Shown here: in pieces, positions 47,886-61,687 of the stretch
Layout of the letters: each line of letters starts with the position of its first letter
Numbering within the stretch: position 1 is the stretch's first letter
Source of the DNA: Vicugna vicugna
Taxonomy: Eukaryota
Direction of reading: 5' to 3'
Length of the DNA: 64,000 nucleotides
Assembly (NCBI GenBank): GCA_013265495.1
Contig: MU058045.1
Span: 779,986-843,985 of the forward strand
The notes under the pieces: generated by a model
Database searches by the model: none
Seen by the model: the letters and a program-made list of their open reading frames with translations, nothing else
What the model was told of the DNA's origin: nothing
Translations under genes and position numbers: made by a program

Positions 47886-50331
47886 GATTTTTTTTTTAAA
47901 TGCGTGCAGTGGGAGTGTACTATTCACTGTTTAGCTCTTTGCTGCTTTTTTGTTTGTTTAACAGTATTTTGGAGATTATTCCACATCAATTTATGTATCA
48001 CTTAGTAAGTGCTCAGAAATGTTAATTATCATTTCATTGTCATCGGTACATAAAAGGTTTCCAATTCTTTTTTTTTTTTCCCCCAAGGCTGCAAAACATT
48101 CCATTGCTGCGTTGGTTCCTTATTGACGGACCTTAGAATATTTCCGGTATTTGGCTATTACAAATAACGCTTCAGTGAACATCTTTGTTCCTACATCTTT
48201 GCATAGACATTATATGTCTGCAGGAGAGACTCCTCTGGAAAGAGTGTGCCTTTTAAATTTTGTTAGGTATATAGAAGGCAGTCTGGCAATTGGTTGAACC
48301 CATTCCCCCAAGGATGTCTGAGAGTGCCTGGTTCCTCGGCCCTTTCTGGAACTGCTCCGTCCTGGTTTCCTGTCTGATGGGTGAAAATGATATGTTTCCA
48401 TTTGCATTTTTTCACTAATAACAAAACTGCATGTTTCTTTTTTATTTGATTAGCATCATAAGAGTCTCTTTTCTGGGCCGTGATACATCTTCTGCCTTTT
48501 AAAAATTTGCCACTGTTGTCACTTGTAACTTTGTTTTGCAGATATTTAAAATTTTTATACAGTCAGATTTATCTTTTTCTTCATGGCTTTTGGGTTTTCA
48601 TTCTCGACTGGAAAGATTTTTCCTACTCTAAGATGATTAGAAAGTTCTCCGAAGTCACCTTCTGATGATATTTTTGTAATTTTACTTCATACATTTAAAT
48701 TCCTGAGAGCCAGTGAAATCTGTGCTTAATTGTAATATTGGATTATCATTCAGCTTATGTTTGCTTGGGTGGTTCGATACTGAAATTCCAACAAAACCAC
48801 AGGTCGCCTGAGTAGGTTGAGCATAGAATGGAAGACAGGGCTACTCAGCATTGTGATGTAATTAATAGTTTCCACAACTTAAAATTCCCGTTTTGTCCTG
48901 TATAATTCACATCATAGCTTCCCACTCCCCACAGGAACTTCTTTTAGATAGAAGAGCCTTCTGCTTTATTGACAATTTACCACTGATTTGAAACACATTG
49001 ATATTTATTCTTGTGTTGCATTGATTAGAAGGCTAATATTTGGCCCTTTTATTAATACAGAGGAAGGACTTAAGCTCACTGTTTCTTAGTTACAGTTGCT
49101 ACTGCACAGTTTCCAAGGTGGGTTCTTAGTGACTGCAGTCTAGTAGGAAACGGAAAAGCAATGGTAGTAATTTTTCTCCGGAAAGTGTGGCATCTGGAAT
49201 ATTGAGAGGATTTATCCACTATTATTTTTCAAATATCCAAAGTCACTGACACTGCTTAGTTACTTTGGTTTGGGGGCAATTTATGATTTTTCTAACTAAT
49301 AGCTGTTACTGGGGAAAAATTTTTAAAGGTTTTATTTGCTTTTTTTGCTAGCTTGCCAGCTCTTTCTATTCAAAATGATCAACAAAAGTAGATTCACTGG
49401 GCCGTGGTTTTCCCACCCAGGGAAACTACTTGATTCTGCCAATTTCTCAGAAACTTTTTGGGTCTAAATGCAGTGTTTAATATTCCTCTTAAAAGGAAGA
49501 GTATCTATACTTCCAAAGCAGTAGTCTCACTCTCTTACTGGAACCAGGAAAATTGTGGCCATGAATTGTGCTGGGAAAGGTATGAGAGATGATCTGGTGC
49601 TCCATCTAAAGAACAGAGATTCAGAAAGAAGTAACTGGTTCAAGACCAGAGAGGATGGCCAGACAAGGACTAGTAGGCCTTTGGACTCCTGGTCTAGCCC
49701 AGTTAGTAGATAAACACATTAAAATATGATGGTTTCTTTGTAATTTTGCTAGAACTAAAGATCATGCAGTGTATTGAATAGTTGATGATAAGTTTTAGAG
49801 CAAATCTGTTGCATGAAGCAGCATTTTGCAAAATATATTCCAGATGTGTTAGTAGGTTGTATTGTGGAAGAAAGGGCAACATAGAAAACTTGTTTTCCCC
49901 CTTTTTTCCTTTTTTAACAGAGTATCTTAGGGTATTAGTGTCTAGGAAAACACCCTTGACCACTGCGACCTACAACTCAAAACCAAAGGAATCCCTGAGT
50001 CACACTGCCCTGTTTAGAGGAAGAACATTTCAGGGTTGGTCACTGGGGGGGAAATCGTATTTACCAACTGTATTTCTCAATCAATGAAAGATCTCGTGCG
50101 GTAGATCTGTGTCAGTGGTAAGTCCCTCTGCAATGGTTCTGTCCAGGTCCTCGAAGGATCCGTGAGACCTGAGGTTAGAGCAGGAGAAGGAAGAGGCTGG
50201 CTCAGGTCCCTTCCGGGTAGGATTGACTAGAGTCTGTAATGGTCACCAGTCACTTGGAGAGCTCACTTAATGACGAAATAGGTCAAATGAGGTAATTCAC
50301 CCACTGTTGGACCTTAACGAGATGCCTGCAG

Positions 50332-50442
50332 AACACAGCTCGAAGGAGACCGAAGACAGAACCTATTGGATGACCTTGTAACTCGCGAGAGACTACTTCT
50401 GGCATCCTTTAAGAACGAGGGTGCAGAGCCAGAGCTCATCAG
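50332..50442 (+). CDS. STX8: Syntaxin-8 exon 4 (TQLEGDRRQNLLDDLVTRERLLLASFKNEGAEPELI/R); SNARE and TM exons lie beyond the window
   Basis: Acceptor CTGCAG|A preceded by CCTTAAC; donor CAG|GTATGG; 111 nt; in frame with exon 3. Confidence 0.95.
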
Positions 50443-51959
50443 GTATGGCGTTTTCACTTCCAGGGATTAGGGTGGTGGGTGAAGATTTGTTTGCAGAGAT
50501 GATAGCTGTTTCCCAAATGGCTTACTTTCTTGAACTAGTATACTATAGCCTGTTCATTTATAGCGTTTGACTCTCACTTTCTGTTCAGTTTAGTTTTCAT
50601 TACATTTCTAGATTTAATAAACCAGGTACGTTCAGCTGAATCCCATCTTCCAGGAAGACCGTTCAGGTGGAACAGATACGAAGTCAGAAAATGTCTTTTC
50701 ATCCTTTGGTTGAGCTTTCTGCTGTGCTCGCTGCCTTTTAAACTCCTGAAGTCATGTACTTATCTGTGTTAGAAAATGATTTTTTTTTAATGGGCTTGTT
50801 ATAAAAATGTGTCCTGAAGACTGCAATCCATGGCTCATGGAATTAGAGGAGGAGGGCGGTGGGTTTCTTTTCCTTGTTCTTTGCCAAGGAGGGGTTCCCA
50901 CTTTACAGAACTGGCAGCTGCTGTGGCCCTGGCTCTGTCGAAGACCCAGAGAAGTGGTCCAGCTTTCCAAGCTGAGGTTAATGAACTGTAAATTGTGGCA
51001 TATTTAGAATTGGCCTCCCCCTCTGCCTCTGGAACTCTCTTAACCTCATTGTGGGAACCATCACAGAGGAGATCTGGCTAAACCCTGCCTTCACCGTGGA
51101 GGGGCAGCTTGTTCCTGCTTAGCTCTTGGTTGGGAATGAAAGGGCTTCCCAAGGGCGATGGTTTTTGACCCAGGCTCTGCCTCAGATAATTAAACCCGGG
51201 GGCGGGGTTGCGGGGGCGCTCCTAGAGGGCTCCCAGGTGGTTCTGCGCAGCCAGTATTGGACCCCTGCGTTACGGCGGCCGGAGAGGGTGCTGCAGGTTC
51301 CTGTTGGTCCCAGTCTTCTCGGGAGCCTGTGACCCAAGGTTTGTAGAAAGGGTGAAATTCAGGAAGCTAGATGAAGGCTTAAGTTGTTTCTATGGGGAAA
51401 TGAAAGCAAGGAGTCCGTGAGGGAGGAGCTGTGTCCGCGCAGGGTTTGTAAGTGGACGCGGAAGCCGGTGGCCCATCCGCGTGGTGCCCGCCTCTTCTCT
51501 GGCGGATGCAGGAGTGAAGTCGGGGGTGAAGGCGGCGACCCAAGGGCTGGAGGAAATGAACAGGTGAGCAGGGGAGCCAAGGTGAGGAGAGAGTTTCGTG
51601 GGTCAGGGAGGGGCCTTACGTTGAAGCCCAGAAATGAAATAAAGGCATCCTCAGGGGGAGAGCAAGTTCTGCTGGGGAGTAGGGGCCGCGGAGAGAGCGC
51701 ACGGTCGGAGGAGAAAACATGGAAATCCGCCTACTCTTTCCGGGTGGAGGTGGCCGTTCTGATGGGTAGTGACCGTCACTGTGTCCATTCTGCTTCTCTC
51801 CATTGTCATTTAATGATGTCGAAGGGGCCAACTTCTGGATTAAGTCTTTGTAGGGGGTTTTGTTGCTTTTTTGGTTCCTCTCGCTTGTCACCCTGTCCTT
51901 TTTTTTTCTTCTTCTTGTCACCCCTCTTCTCTCCTGTGACGATGTGTTTCTTTGCTGTT

Positions 51960-52112
51960 TAAAGCATGACCTGTACATGTGCAGGGTCCACTCCACCTGG
52001 GAGCCGGTTAGAAATGCAGATCGGACCCCATCCCCACCCTACGGAATCGAATTCTCATTTTAACAAGACCCTCAGGTGATTTGAATGCACCTTAGAGCTT
52101 GAGAAACACTGC
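51960..52112. mobile_element. MER5-type hAT element
   Basis: cacctgggagccggttagaaatgcaga...ttttaacaagaccctcaggtgatttgaatgcac...ttgagaaacactg. Confidence 0.7.
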
Positions 52113-52172
52113 TTTCAAGCTCTTGTTCTTAATTGTGGCAGGCTGCGTCGGAGTCACCCAAGAGGCTTTTAA

Positions 52173-52203
<31 letters not shown>

Positions 52204-55200
52204 AGGAAAATACAAGTTCCCAGACCATATATTGCAGAGTCTGAACGAGTAAACTGGGAGAGGCCTGGGGGGCACTGCTGGGGTGGGTCTCCCAGGTGGT
52301 AGGGTTAGAACCACTGCTCTGTCACGGGGTCCGAGTGATGAGCGCTAATAGCTTCCATCTGCCCCGTGTTTTCTGGGTGCCCGGCGCTATGCGAAGCTCA
52401 CGCGCCTGCGCGCAGGAGATCTTGATAACGTCCCACCTTGCAGAAGAGAAACTTAGGCTCGGAGGGGTTAGGTAACCTGCTGGAGATTCTAAGGCTCATC
52501 AGTCCCAGAGTTTGGATTTCCTCTAGCTCTGTGCGTCTTCAGATGTGAAGTCTTAACTGCTGCACCACAGGAAGAGCGGGACCAGGAGCTAGGACTCCGC
52601 CCTGCTGCTTCCCGGTCCTCAGGGCTTCAGAAATCACTGACCTTAAAATGGGGTATGTGTTCTGCCTCTTTTTCATTGTTTGGACTAAGTGAGGTGGTGG
52701 TTTTGTGCTTTGTAAACTCTAGAGCCTTTACGAATACAAGATGTTGTTTAGGCAGGGAGGGAGCTCAGGTTGCCTGGAGACCCCTGGCCCTCCCCCGAGT
52801 GCCCAAGGGGGCCCCATATTCTGCACCTGGTCCTCTGCCCTCCCGTGCTCGCTTCCCTAGGCTCATTCTGTGTCCCTTTCCTCAGTGACCACCTTGCTGC
52901 TTGTTGTCCAAATGGTAACCAGTGGCACGTTCAGTCCAGCAGTGGCACCGTGGCTGGCAGTGACTTATCTTCTGGAGGTGTTTTAGCGGAAGCCTGCTGG
53001 AGCCCAGAGCAAAGTCAGTGGTGGGAGAATCTTAGGGAATTGGGCAGAGTAGCGGCAGAGGTGTTTTGGATGGAGGCCTGCTGAGCCCCATCACTAGAAC
53101 GCCGCCTACTGCTCCTGTGTTTAATTTAAGGCTGAGCCCCGTGGTGGGCCTCAGGTGTTACTTGCTGGTGAATGATTGGGGTGGCTGGGGCCAGAGAGAT
53201 GGTGAAGCAGGGAAAGCTGAAGTCCTGAGGGTCTGAAATAATGCAGGTAAGCGGCCAGGCCTTTTGCCCTTTTTTGGGTTATTTTTTGCCCCGCCCCCCT
53301 TTTTAACAGCTAATCCCCACACTTGAGGCCTCCCCCTCCATCCCTGACTTCCCATACCCTAATAATTGCTGTGCATGGACCTAGGCTTCCGAGGCTCTGA
53401 ATTCAGTGGTTAGACATGACTAGTTTGAGTTCACAGTGCGACCTGGCCCTCCTGCCTTTTGATGGGCAGGCTGCCCAGTCACTTCTGATGCACCTATCAG
53501 CGACCTTGCAGCTCTGTCTTTGGAGAAACCTCATTCCTTCCCCTGCCATCAGTTTCTCTGATGTCTCCAGCGATTCAGAGATTTCTTCAGTCCTCCTATC
53601 GGTCAGTTCTAGTTCTGGGCTCCTCCAGCAGATTTGTTTGCTTCTTTAGTCTCTGGAGTCCTCCAGTGCTTTTTGTTTGCTTCTGTAACTCTTGATGTCA
53701 ATGTAGGTTACCTTGTCACTCGGGGCACAGTGGCCGGGTAGGGGTGGCACATCTTTCCTGTAGTTCCACAGCCTACAGAGACATGTTGGCCAGAAAGCCT
53801 TCGCAGAACTTTAAAAGGTTACAGACCTGCTCTCCCGGGCACTTTTGTCATCAATGCCAGACTGTCACCACACATCACCTGTTGGGGAATGGGGGTTAAT
53901 CTGCTAATCAGTATTTTGAAGCCCTGCGTTAACTGGCAGCAATACTGCAGGATCAGTTGACCCAACCAGGACCCCCTGGGACCTTGTCGGGCCTCTCTGT
54001 CCTCCTGGGTCCCTCCCTCTTCCTCTCCCATTGCCTCTGTGAGCTCTGCCTCCTCTCTCACCCCAAGTCTTGGCTTTCTCTCCCCCATCCCTCACTCCCT
54101 GGAGTCCTTCCACCCCTCCCTTTCCTCCTCTTTTCTCTTCCTCCTCATATGTGGCCTTATTAGGGAGACTAGAGTATTGTCAGACTTCGGTTTGGATTAG
54201 CATTTCCTTTAAACAGACATGAGTGTAGCCACCACGTAATTGAATGTGTAACTGTCATGTGACAGAATCTGAGTTTTACCTTACGGATTACTGATCATTA
54301 TTCTAAAGCAGTAAGCCTTGATGTGAGACTTTGGTCTAAATAAGCAATGGTTGACTAATTGAGGGCATTTGGAAACTTGTTAAAGAAGTCTCTGTGTAAC
54401 GACGTCTCTTGGAAGAAGATAAGCCGTAACTTCGAAAGCAGTGACACAGCTTCTGATTTAAAACCTGACTGCCCTTTATATTTGAGAGCATTGCTGAGTC
54501 TCACAATTAGTTAAATCTTTGTCTGCAAAGAAGGAAAAAAAATCATTGCATACTCCACTGCTCTGTGACCATCTCAAAGATTATGTGATTAACTCGGCTG
54601 TAGTGGGTGGCTAATTGGCTAAGCTTTAATCTTCACACCACCAACTATATTGAGGATTACAGGAAATAGGAAGTTATTTAGAGGTTGAGATGGGAGTTAT
54701 GTGTCAGGAATGGTACATTAACAAGCAGAACAATTGCTAAAATCAAAAGACTAAAAGATAATAATGAAATGTCACATTTTTTTAGAGTGGGAAGTTTACA
54801 TTTAATTTCAAATATTTACTTTTTCTTTGAGCTGCTTAAAAAAAAAGTGATACTTCCAACTTATATTTCATATCACTGTATTGATAGCCAGGGTAGGTAA
54901 AAGGAAAATTTGCATTAAATATTCATAGTATTCCTCCTGTACCACTGTAGATCATTGAATGTTTTCTTTCAATTTAAACCTTGGTTTATAAGAATGATTT
55001 CTATCTGATAGTACTGAGATTTCCAAAAAAAATTGTTATTTTTATATTACCTAAATATTTATTATATTATATGTATTATATTTCCTAAATAATTATTATT
55101 ATTTATGTTGCTTTAAGTTATTGACACATGACCAGCCTGCTGTTTCAGAAGTGGGAAATTGCTAAGGAATACACACCTGCATCATTAGCCTGCTCATGTG

Positions 55201-55829
55201 GGACAACAGAGAAGCCATAATTATTTATCCTTTTTATGTATGTCCCAGAAATAGACTTGCTTTTAGGTCATATGACATGTAAAGGATGTGCTGAACTCAG
55301 TAAAGATACCCTTTCCTGTTTCAGTGAGCCCAACAATAGTTTAACCAAAGTGGCATTAAGTTCAGCTAAAGAATATTAAATTTCTCAGATAATTTAATGA
55401 AAAATTGTTAAGAAATCAAAGATGTGGTAAATAGAAACCTTCTTTCTTTTGAGTGCCTACTGTGTGCCAAGCCCTGGTAATGGGAATGTGGTGGCAGCAA
55501 CCCCACAACAACAAAAAACATCTAGTTTTTGCATTTGAGCTCTTTATAGTTCAGCGAGTGAGACAGGCAGGAATTAAAGATTCACACGAATCAGTTGAGT
55601 AGAAAAACATATTGTGCTTCCAGAGAATATCAGTGGGGAGCTGATTTAGCTAAGGAGGCCATGTAGTTTAATGCTTAATTATTTTGCAAGTGTATATTTT
55701 GTTTCTTCATCTAAAATTTAAATGCCTGGAGGGCAGGGATCACAACTCAGATGTTTGCTCACTGAATGAAAACTTTGAAGTTTTTTTCTGTATCTTTTAG
55801 AAACACCTAGCAAAGTTTGGGCTACAGCA

Positions 55830-56270
55830 GGCACGCATTAATTTTTGTTGATGGAAAGATTGACTGAGTCGGAATGTGATATGCTGGGTTCTGGTAACTA
55901 AACAAACCTGGGACCCTCGGGTTACCATGTGAAAGCTTTCCTTTTGGCCTGTCTCCTGTAAAGTCTGGTGGTTCTCTGGGAGAGCTCCCTGCAAGCAGCG
56001 ATTCAGACTTTCCCATCTTACGGCTGTGCTGTCCTGACACAAGCCCTCTGTGTTCACGATAACAGGAGAGGAGAGGGAGTGTGGAGATCTCGCACCGCTT
56101 TTATATGCTGTTGCCCAGAAGTTTGACAGAACAGCCTGTTGGCCGTAACCAGTCACGTGGCTCCATCCTAACTGCAGGGGAGGCTGGGAAATGTAGTCTT
56201 TGTCCGTGCTCCCAAAGAGGAAAATGAAGCGGGACGTGGTGCAGCACGTAGCTCTGTCTCTGCCTCCCTG
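55830..56270 (-). mobile_element. MaLR LTR (MLT1-type) remnant
   Basis: cagtcacgtggctccatcctaactgcaggggaggctgggaaatgtagtcttt, typical of MLT1J/K elements. Confidence 0.6.
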
Positions 56271-59200
56271 AATACTTTGGGTGGTTTGATGGAAAGATAA
56301 GTAACTTTGGCATGCAGTCGGCCTACTTTCCTAATCAGCAGAGATTAGAATCAGAAGTTAATAGAGGTACCTGAGGTGGGTTGAGAGGTGACCCTAGTGG
56401 GGGTTGTTCACCATTTATTATGCACATTCTCAAAGAGTTCAGGCAGGCAGGGGAAACAAACAAACAAATGAATTCATGATGGAAACGTGAAGTGCAAATG
56501 AGTACATACAATGCAGGCGAGGAGAGGTTGTGTCTGCAGCAGTCAGAGGAGGGAGGGCCACGTAAAGCAACTAAAAAGTCTAGAAAAGAAGGCAGTGTCT
56601 ATTCTCACTCTCACCAAGAGGCGCCTGGTCTAGCTCGTGCGCTATAGCAGTCCTGGTGCCCTGAGCTGGGGCAGCAGGTAACCCTACTTGAAACTGCTGA
56701 AAGAAGGAAGAATACCTCCACGTAGTAAGCTAGGGAATTGAGAAGAATGGTTAATTCTACAGCCAGCGATGTCACAGATCCAGGATATTGCCGCGTCTTT
56801 GTTTTGCCTTTGTCTTCAGACCAGCTCCTTGTGGTCGAGGATACCTGTAGAAAGTGCCCAGATACACTCCAAGCAGCATCAGGGGAGGAAGGAGGGTGTG
56901 TTTTGCAGAAGTAATACATTCACATGGCTGAGACATTTTAAAAGCATTTAACAGTGTTGAGTAAAAAGCCTCCCTCCCTCTGTGTCCCCCACTCCTCAAC
57001 ACGAATATCGATGTTAACAATTTTTGGCCTATTGTTCAAAGATTCTCTCATATATATGCCAGCAAAGAGGAATATATCTTCTTATTTCTTTCCATCTTTT
57101 ACACAAATGGTAGCATATTACGCAAATCATTCTACGACATTCTCTTGTCATCTGATTAAATATCTTGGAGATCTTCCCAAATCAGCACGTAAGGTTTTGT
57201 CATTAGCTTTTATAGCCTTGTACTATTTCGTTGTATGCACTACCATAATTTAAGTAGTCTCCTATTAATGTGTGTATTGTTTCCACTCTATTACATGTGC
57301 GTGTATATATATATTTAATGCATATATTTTTCCTATTGGAGAAATATGGTGGTGTTTAACCTTACACATAAGTGATTTTGTATATGTGAAAGTCCCTCTC
57401 TAGATAGGTTCTTAGAAGAAGGATGGCTGGGTCAAAGGGTATATGCATTTATGATTTTCATAGAACCAGTTGAGACTTGTGCTTGCAATTTATGTGAATG
57501 CCTATTTCCATATAATCTTCCCCAAAGAGAGTGTTAGTAATACTTTTATATCCTATTCCAGTCTGGTATATGAAGATAGTTTTAATATTCAATTTTTAAT
57601 ATTAAATATTTGATCCATTGGGAATTTAGTGAAGAGTATGAATCCTGGTTTTTTCCTGCTTGACTGTTTTTGTGACTGACTACCTTTTTTTTTTAACTGA
57701 GTCATTTATCTTTTCACAAAGTTTGAGATGTTGAGATTTATCATATACATTCCCACATGTATATGGATCTGTTTCTGGACTTTGTAATGCATTCCATTGG
57801 GCTGTCTACTCGTGTGCTGTGACCATTAATTTTGAGGCTTTATTACAAGTTTCAGTACATCATAGGGCTAGCTGGCTAGTCTTCTGTCATACTTTTTTTT
57901 TTTTAACAATTTTGCTTTTTTAAAAAACGAACTCTAAAATCACATAATCTAATTCTAAAAAAGGGAGAAATAATTGTGTGTTTTAAATTGGGGTTACATA
58001 AAATCTTAAAATCCTTTAAAATGTTGAATTTTCCTGTCGAAGAACGTGGGACTTTTTCCGTTTGTCCAAGCCATCTTTCAGGCCGTTCAGAATGTTTTCT
58101 TCAAATACACATTTCTGGTTCCATTTTGAGGTATTTTATGGTTTCGGTGGTGGTTTTAAATTCAGTTTTTCACTTCATCATGCTTTTTGATTATTGTTTA
58201 TGTGAAAGCTGATCTGCTGTCTGCTATTGTATGTGAGCGTTTCCTTAATTCTGATTGTTTTTAGTAGTTTTGCTATTGATACTCTTGTCTTTTCCAGTTA
58301 CTTGTTTTCTAAGAGGGAAGAAACACCTCCTAGATGCTTCACAGTAGAATTTGGCTCAAAATAGAAATAGGCTAGGGTTGTATCACGTGCCAGAAACCGT
58401 AGGGAAGTGGAGTTGCCATGGTCGGCTTGGTTTATTCAGGATAGACACATCCCTGAACTGAAACTGAGGGTGGGCCTCTGTTCCCTGAGCAGTGGAGCCT
58501 TGAACAAAATTGAGTTCTAACAACAAGGGAGAAGAAGGTGTCAGTGTTGGGCAGGACGGGTGCATCAGCCCTTCTCTGCGTCCCCTTAGCAATCCCAAGT
58601 CTCTTCATCTTGAAGCTTCTTCTGGCATCAGAGACTCAAGGTTCTTCACACTCTGACCTCACTCAATTCTTGAAATCCCAGAGAAGCGGTAGGTAGCTCT
58701 CTGACCTTCTGGGTTATTTTATTAAAGTTCAAGTGGAAGTTAGTTAATGGCTTTACGTCTCTAGTTGCTTTGGTAAGGAAGCTGGGGTATTGACACCTGC
58801 CTGTCTTCCTGAAGAGGTTTAGGAGGTGATTTTGAAGTACAACCCAGTTTTAATAGCAACATGTTTATATAGTTTCATACAACTGGTTTCTTCTGCAGAC
58901 AGATGATCTGCATTTTATGTTAATTATTGTTTAATTCCATTTTGGGAGGTAATAGCTTCCGACTTTGTCTCCATGTTCTGGAGAAATAGGGTCGGTTAAT
59001 TTGATGCCTGGACTGATACTTAGCATGACAGGAGGGAATATTTGAAACATGGACTGACCTGGGAAATCTGGAATGTATGTTGCCTTGGCACATTTTTTCC
59101 CCTCTGTGTTAATTACTGGTCTGATACTAGCCATGCAGAGTGTATGGTGACCGTGTTTCCTTGGGGAGAAAAGCTGGGTATGTCATATGACAGGTGAGAC

Positions 59201-60049
59201 ATTTTGTCTCGGAGTCTTTATGGCTTCTTTTCTGGAAGAGACAGTTTGACAGTGTTAGGCTAAGACGTTGACACTTGGGGACATCCCACTGGTTTGGGGG
59301 AACGAATAGAATACTTGGCTTTCAAAAAAAAAGTTAGAGTCTAAATTTAATTTTAAAGGGATGTATCACGACATAAACACCCAGCTGTGCAAGAGAGGAA
59401 TCGATGAAAATGGGAGCGCCCTCCCACTGGCAGGCAGGTTCCCCTTTCCTCCCAGAGGCAGCCACTGTTGGCGGTTTATGTATCCTTGTAGAGAGAGACA
59501 CACACATCTCCAGTCTCTCTGTCACCCTTTCAATTTTTAACGTGAATTAGAGTGTCATATGCCCTCTTTACTGTGCGTCATCATTCTTGCGTAACAGTAT
59601 GTCTTGGAGATTCTGAAGTAGAGTGTTTAAACCAGTCCTCTTAAATATCTTGAAACTGTCTCACACTTGACAAAGTAGCTCTTAGAAGTTTTTCGCTTAC
59701 CTACTCATGAGATGATTATCACTTGAAGGGATCTCTGTAGTCACTTAGTCCAGATTTTTTTTCTCCATAGACTAGCAAAGGAAGCTCTGTTAGCAGCCTG
59801 ACTTCCAAATAGATGCTAATGGTAAAGAAGGATTATCTGTTTGGATGACTGATCAAGCAAGTGAAATCGGAAACCTTGAGATCTAAGTAAATACGAGTCG
59901 TTGCAATCCCGTGTCATTGCACAAGTCAGTGAGGGTACCCAGTTATTACCGTGTGGATGTAAAAAAAGCGCAGTCTGCCCACAGACAGATAAAGATGCTA
60001 CTACAGTGGCAGCAACCTGGTGGTTTCTCTTCTCGGAAGGCCTTGAATG

Positions 60050-61680
60050 CTGGACAACAAAGAAATATCAAATGAAAAAGTATTTTCAAAGATACTATTG
60101 TAATAGCATCTTAAAAATGGGGTATGTAGGAATGAGTCAAACGAAGGAAGTGCGAAACCTCTACACTCAAACTGTAAAAAGTTATTTAGAGAATTAAAGG
60201 AAAACCTAATAGGGGTATGACCACGTTCACAGATTACAGAGACTCAATACTGTAAAGATGTCAGTTCTCTCAAAATTGGTCTGTCGATCAGAGCAAACCC
60301 ATTTAGATTCCCTGGCTGGTTTTGTTTTTGTTTGTCACTTAAGCTGATTCTGTGGTTTGTACTGTGATTCAAAGAGCCAAGGCAGTTTTGAAGAACAAAA
60401 GGTTTGAACCCTCACGTGATTGGTTATCAGGACTTACCATAAAGCTGCAGTGTGGTGTTGGGCAAGGACAGGCAGATAAACCAGTAGAACAAGATAGAGC
60501 TCCGATACAGTTCCCCAAACGTGTTGTCACTTGACTTATGACAAAGGTGACACTGCAGTGCAGTGGAGAAAAGATGATCTTTTTAATAAATAGCGTTAGG
60601 TCAGCTGAATGCCCAAGTGGAAAAAAACAAATCTTAGCCTCTGCTGTCAACCCTCCACGAAAATCCGTTCCAGAAGGACCGCAGACCTAAATGTGAAATG
60701 TAAAGGAAGGCGGCTTTCAAGAGGAAAACATAGGAAGGTGTCTTCATGACCTTGGGATAGGCAAGTACTTTGTAAACAGGACACAAAAAGGCCAATGTGA
60801 AGGAAACACATGGTAAGCTGGATTTCATTAAAATAAGAAATTCTGTGTATCAGAAGATACTGCAGAGAGAGTGAATCTGTATTTGCAGTGAATGTATCTG
60901 ACAAGTAAGTTGTATCCGGAATATATAAAGAGCCCCCATAAATCAAGAAAAAGGCAGACAATTCCTTAGAAAGCAATAGGCAGATGACTTGAGGTTGTGC
61001 TTCACAAGAGAGCATATCCAGTGGCTGTTGAAATGGTGTTCAGCTTCATTAGTCATCAGGAAATTGCGAACTAAAACCATGAAGTCGTACCGTTACCCCT
61101 GCCAGAATGGCTGGAATTAAAACGGCAGACGTGTCAGGAGCTGCTAGGGTGTGGAGCCACGTGGAGTGCTCAGCTGTACACCCAGTCTGGGAACCTGTTT
61201 GACTGTGTCTCCTGAAACTGAACTGGACAAAAGACGTGTGTAAGACTGTCTGGAGCATCCTTCTAAATAGTCCCACCCAGAAACGCCCCGCGGAGCGTCA
61301 GCATTGCAGTGGGTAAATACACAGTGGCACGTTTATACAGTGATATTACACAGCTGATGAGAGGGAACCAGCCACAGCCACACACCACACAGTGTCAGTG
61401 CAGCTCACAAGCATAACAGTGAGCGAAATAAGCCAGACAGAAGTGTACAGAGTACACGATTCCATTTCTGAGAAGGCAAACCTTTATAGATGGTGGTGCA
61501 AATCACGAAAGTGATTCCCTGAGGGGAGTGGTGACTTGAAGGGGGGCACGGGAGGTCCTGGGGCTCTGCTGACGCTCCGTTTCTTGCCCTGGGTAGTGAT
61601 TAACTGAGGTTGTTCACTTTGTGAATTATCTTTGAGCTGTACACTGATTTTTTATTCTTTATATGTTCTACTTGAATTTA
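60050..61680 (+). mobile_element. Old L1 (L1M-type) ORF2 3' remnant + 3'UTR, sense to STX8
   Basis: gactcaatactgtaaagatgtcagttctc, gacctaaatgtgaaa, cattagtcatcaggaaattgcgaactaaaacca, ending gttcactttgtgaattat...tatatgtt. Confidence 0.75.
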
Positions 61681-61687
61681 AAAATAG

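Larger units (their letters stand above)
42038..50331 (+). other. STX8: STX8 intron 3, GT-AG U12-type (minor spliceosome) intron
   Basis: 5' end GTATCCAT; branch site CCTTAAC at 50312-50318, ending 13 nt before the terminal G; no polypyrimidine tract. Confidence 0.85.

Noticed and set aside
51384..51962. 192-aa + strand ORF in STX8 intron 4 (and the 159-aa ORF at 35095-35574)
   Set aside because: Non-ATG starts, no recognisable domain or exon structure, GC-rich or repeat-derived sequence.
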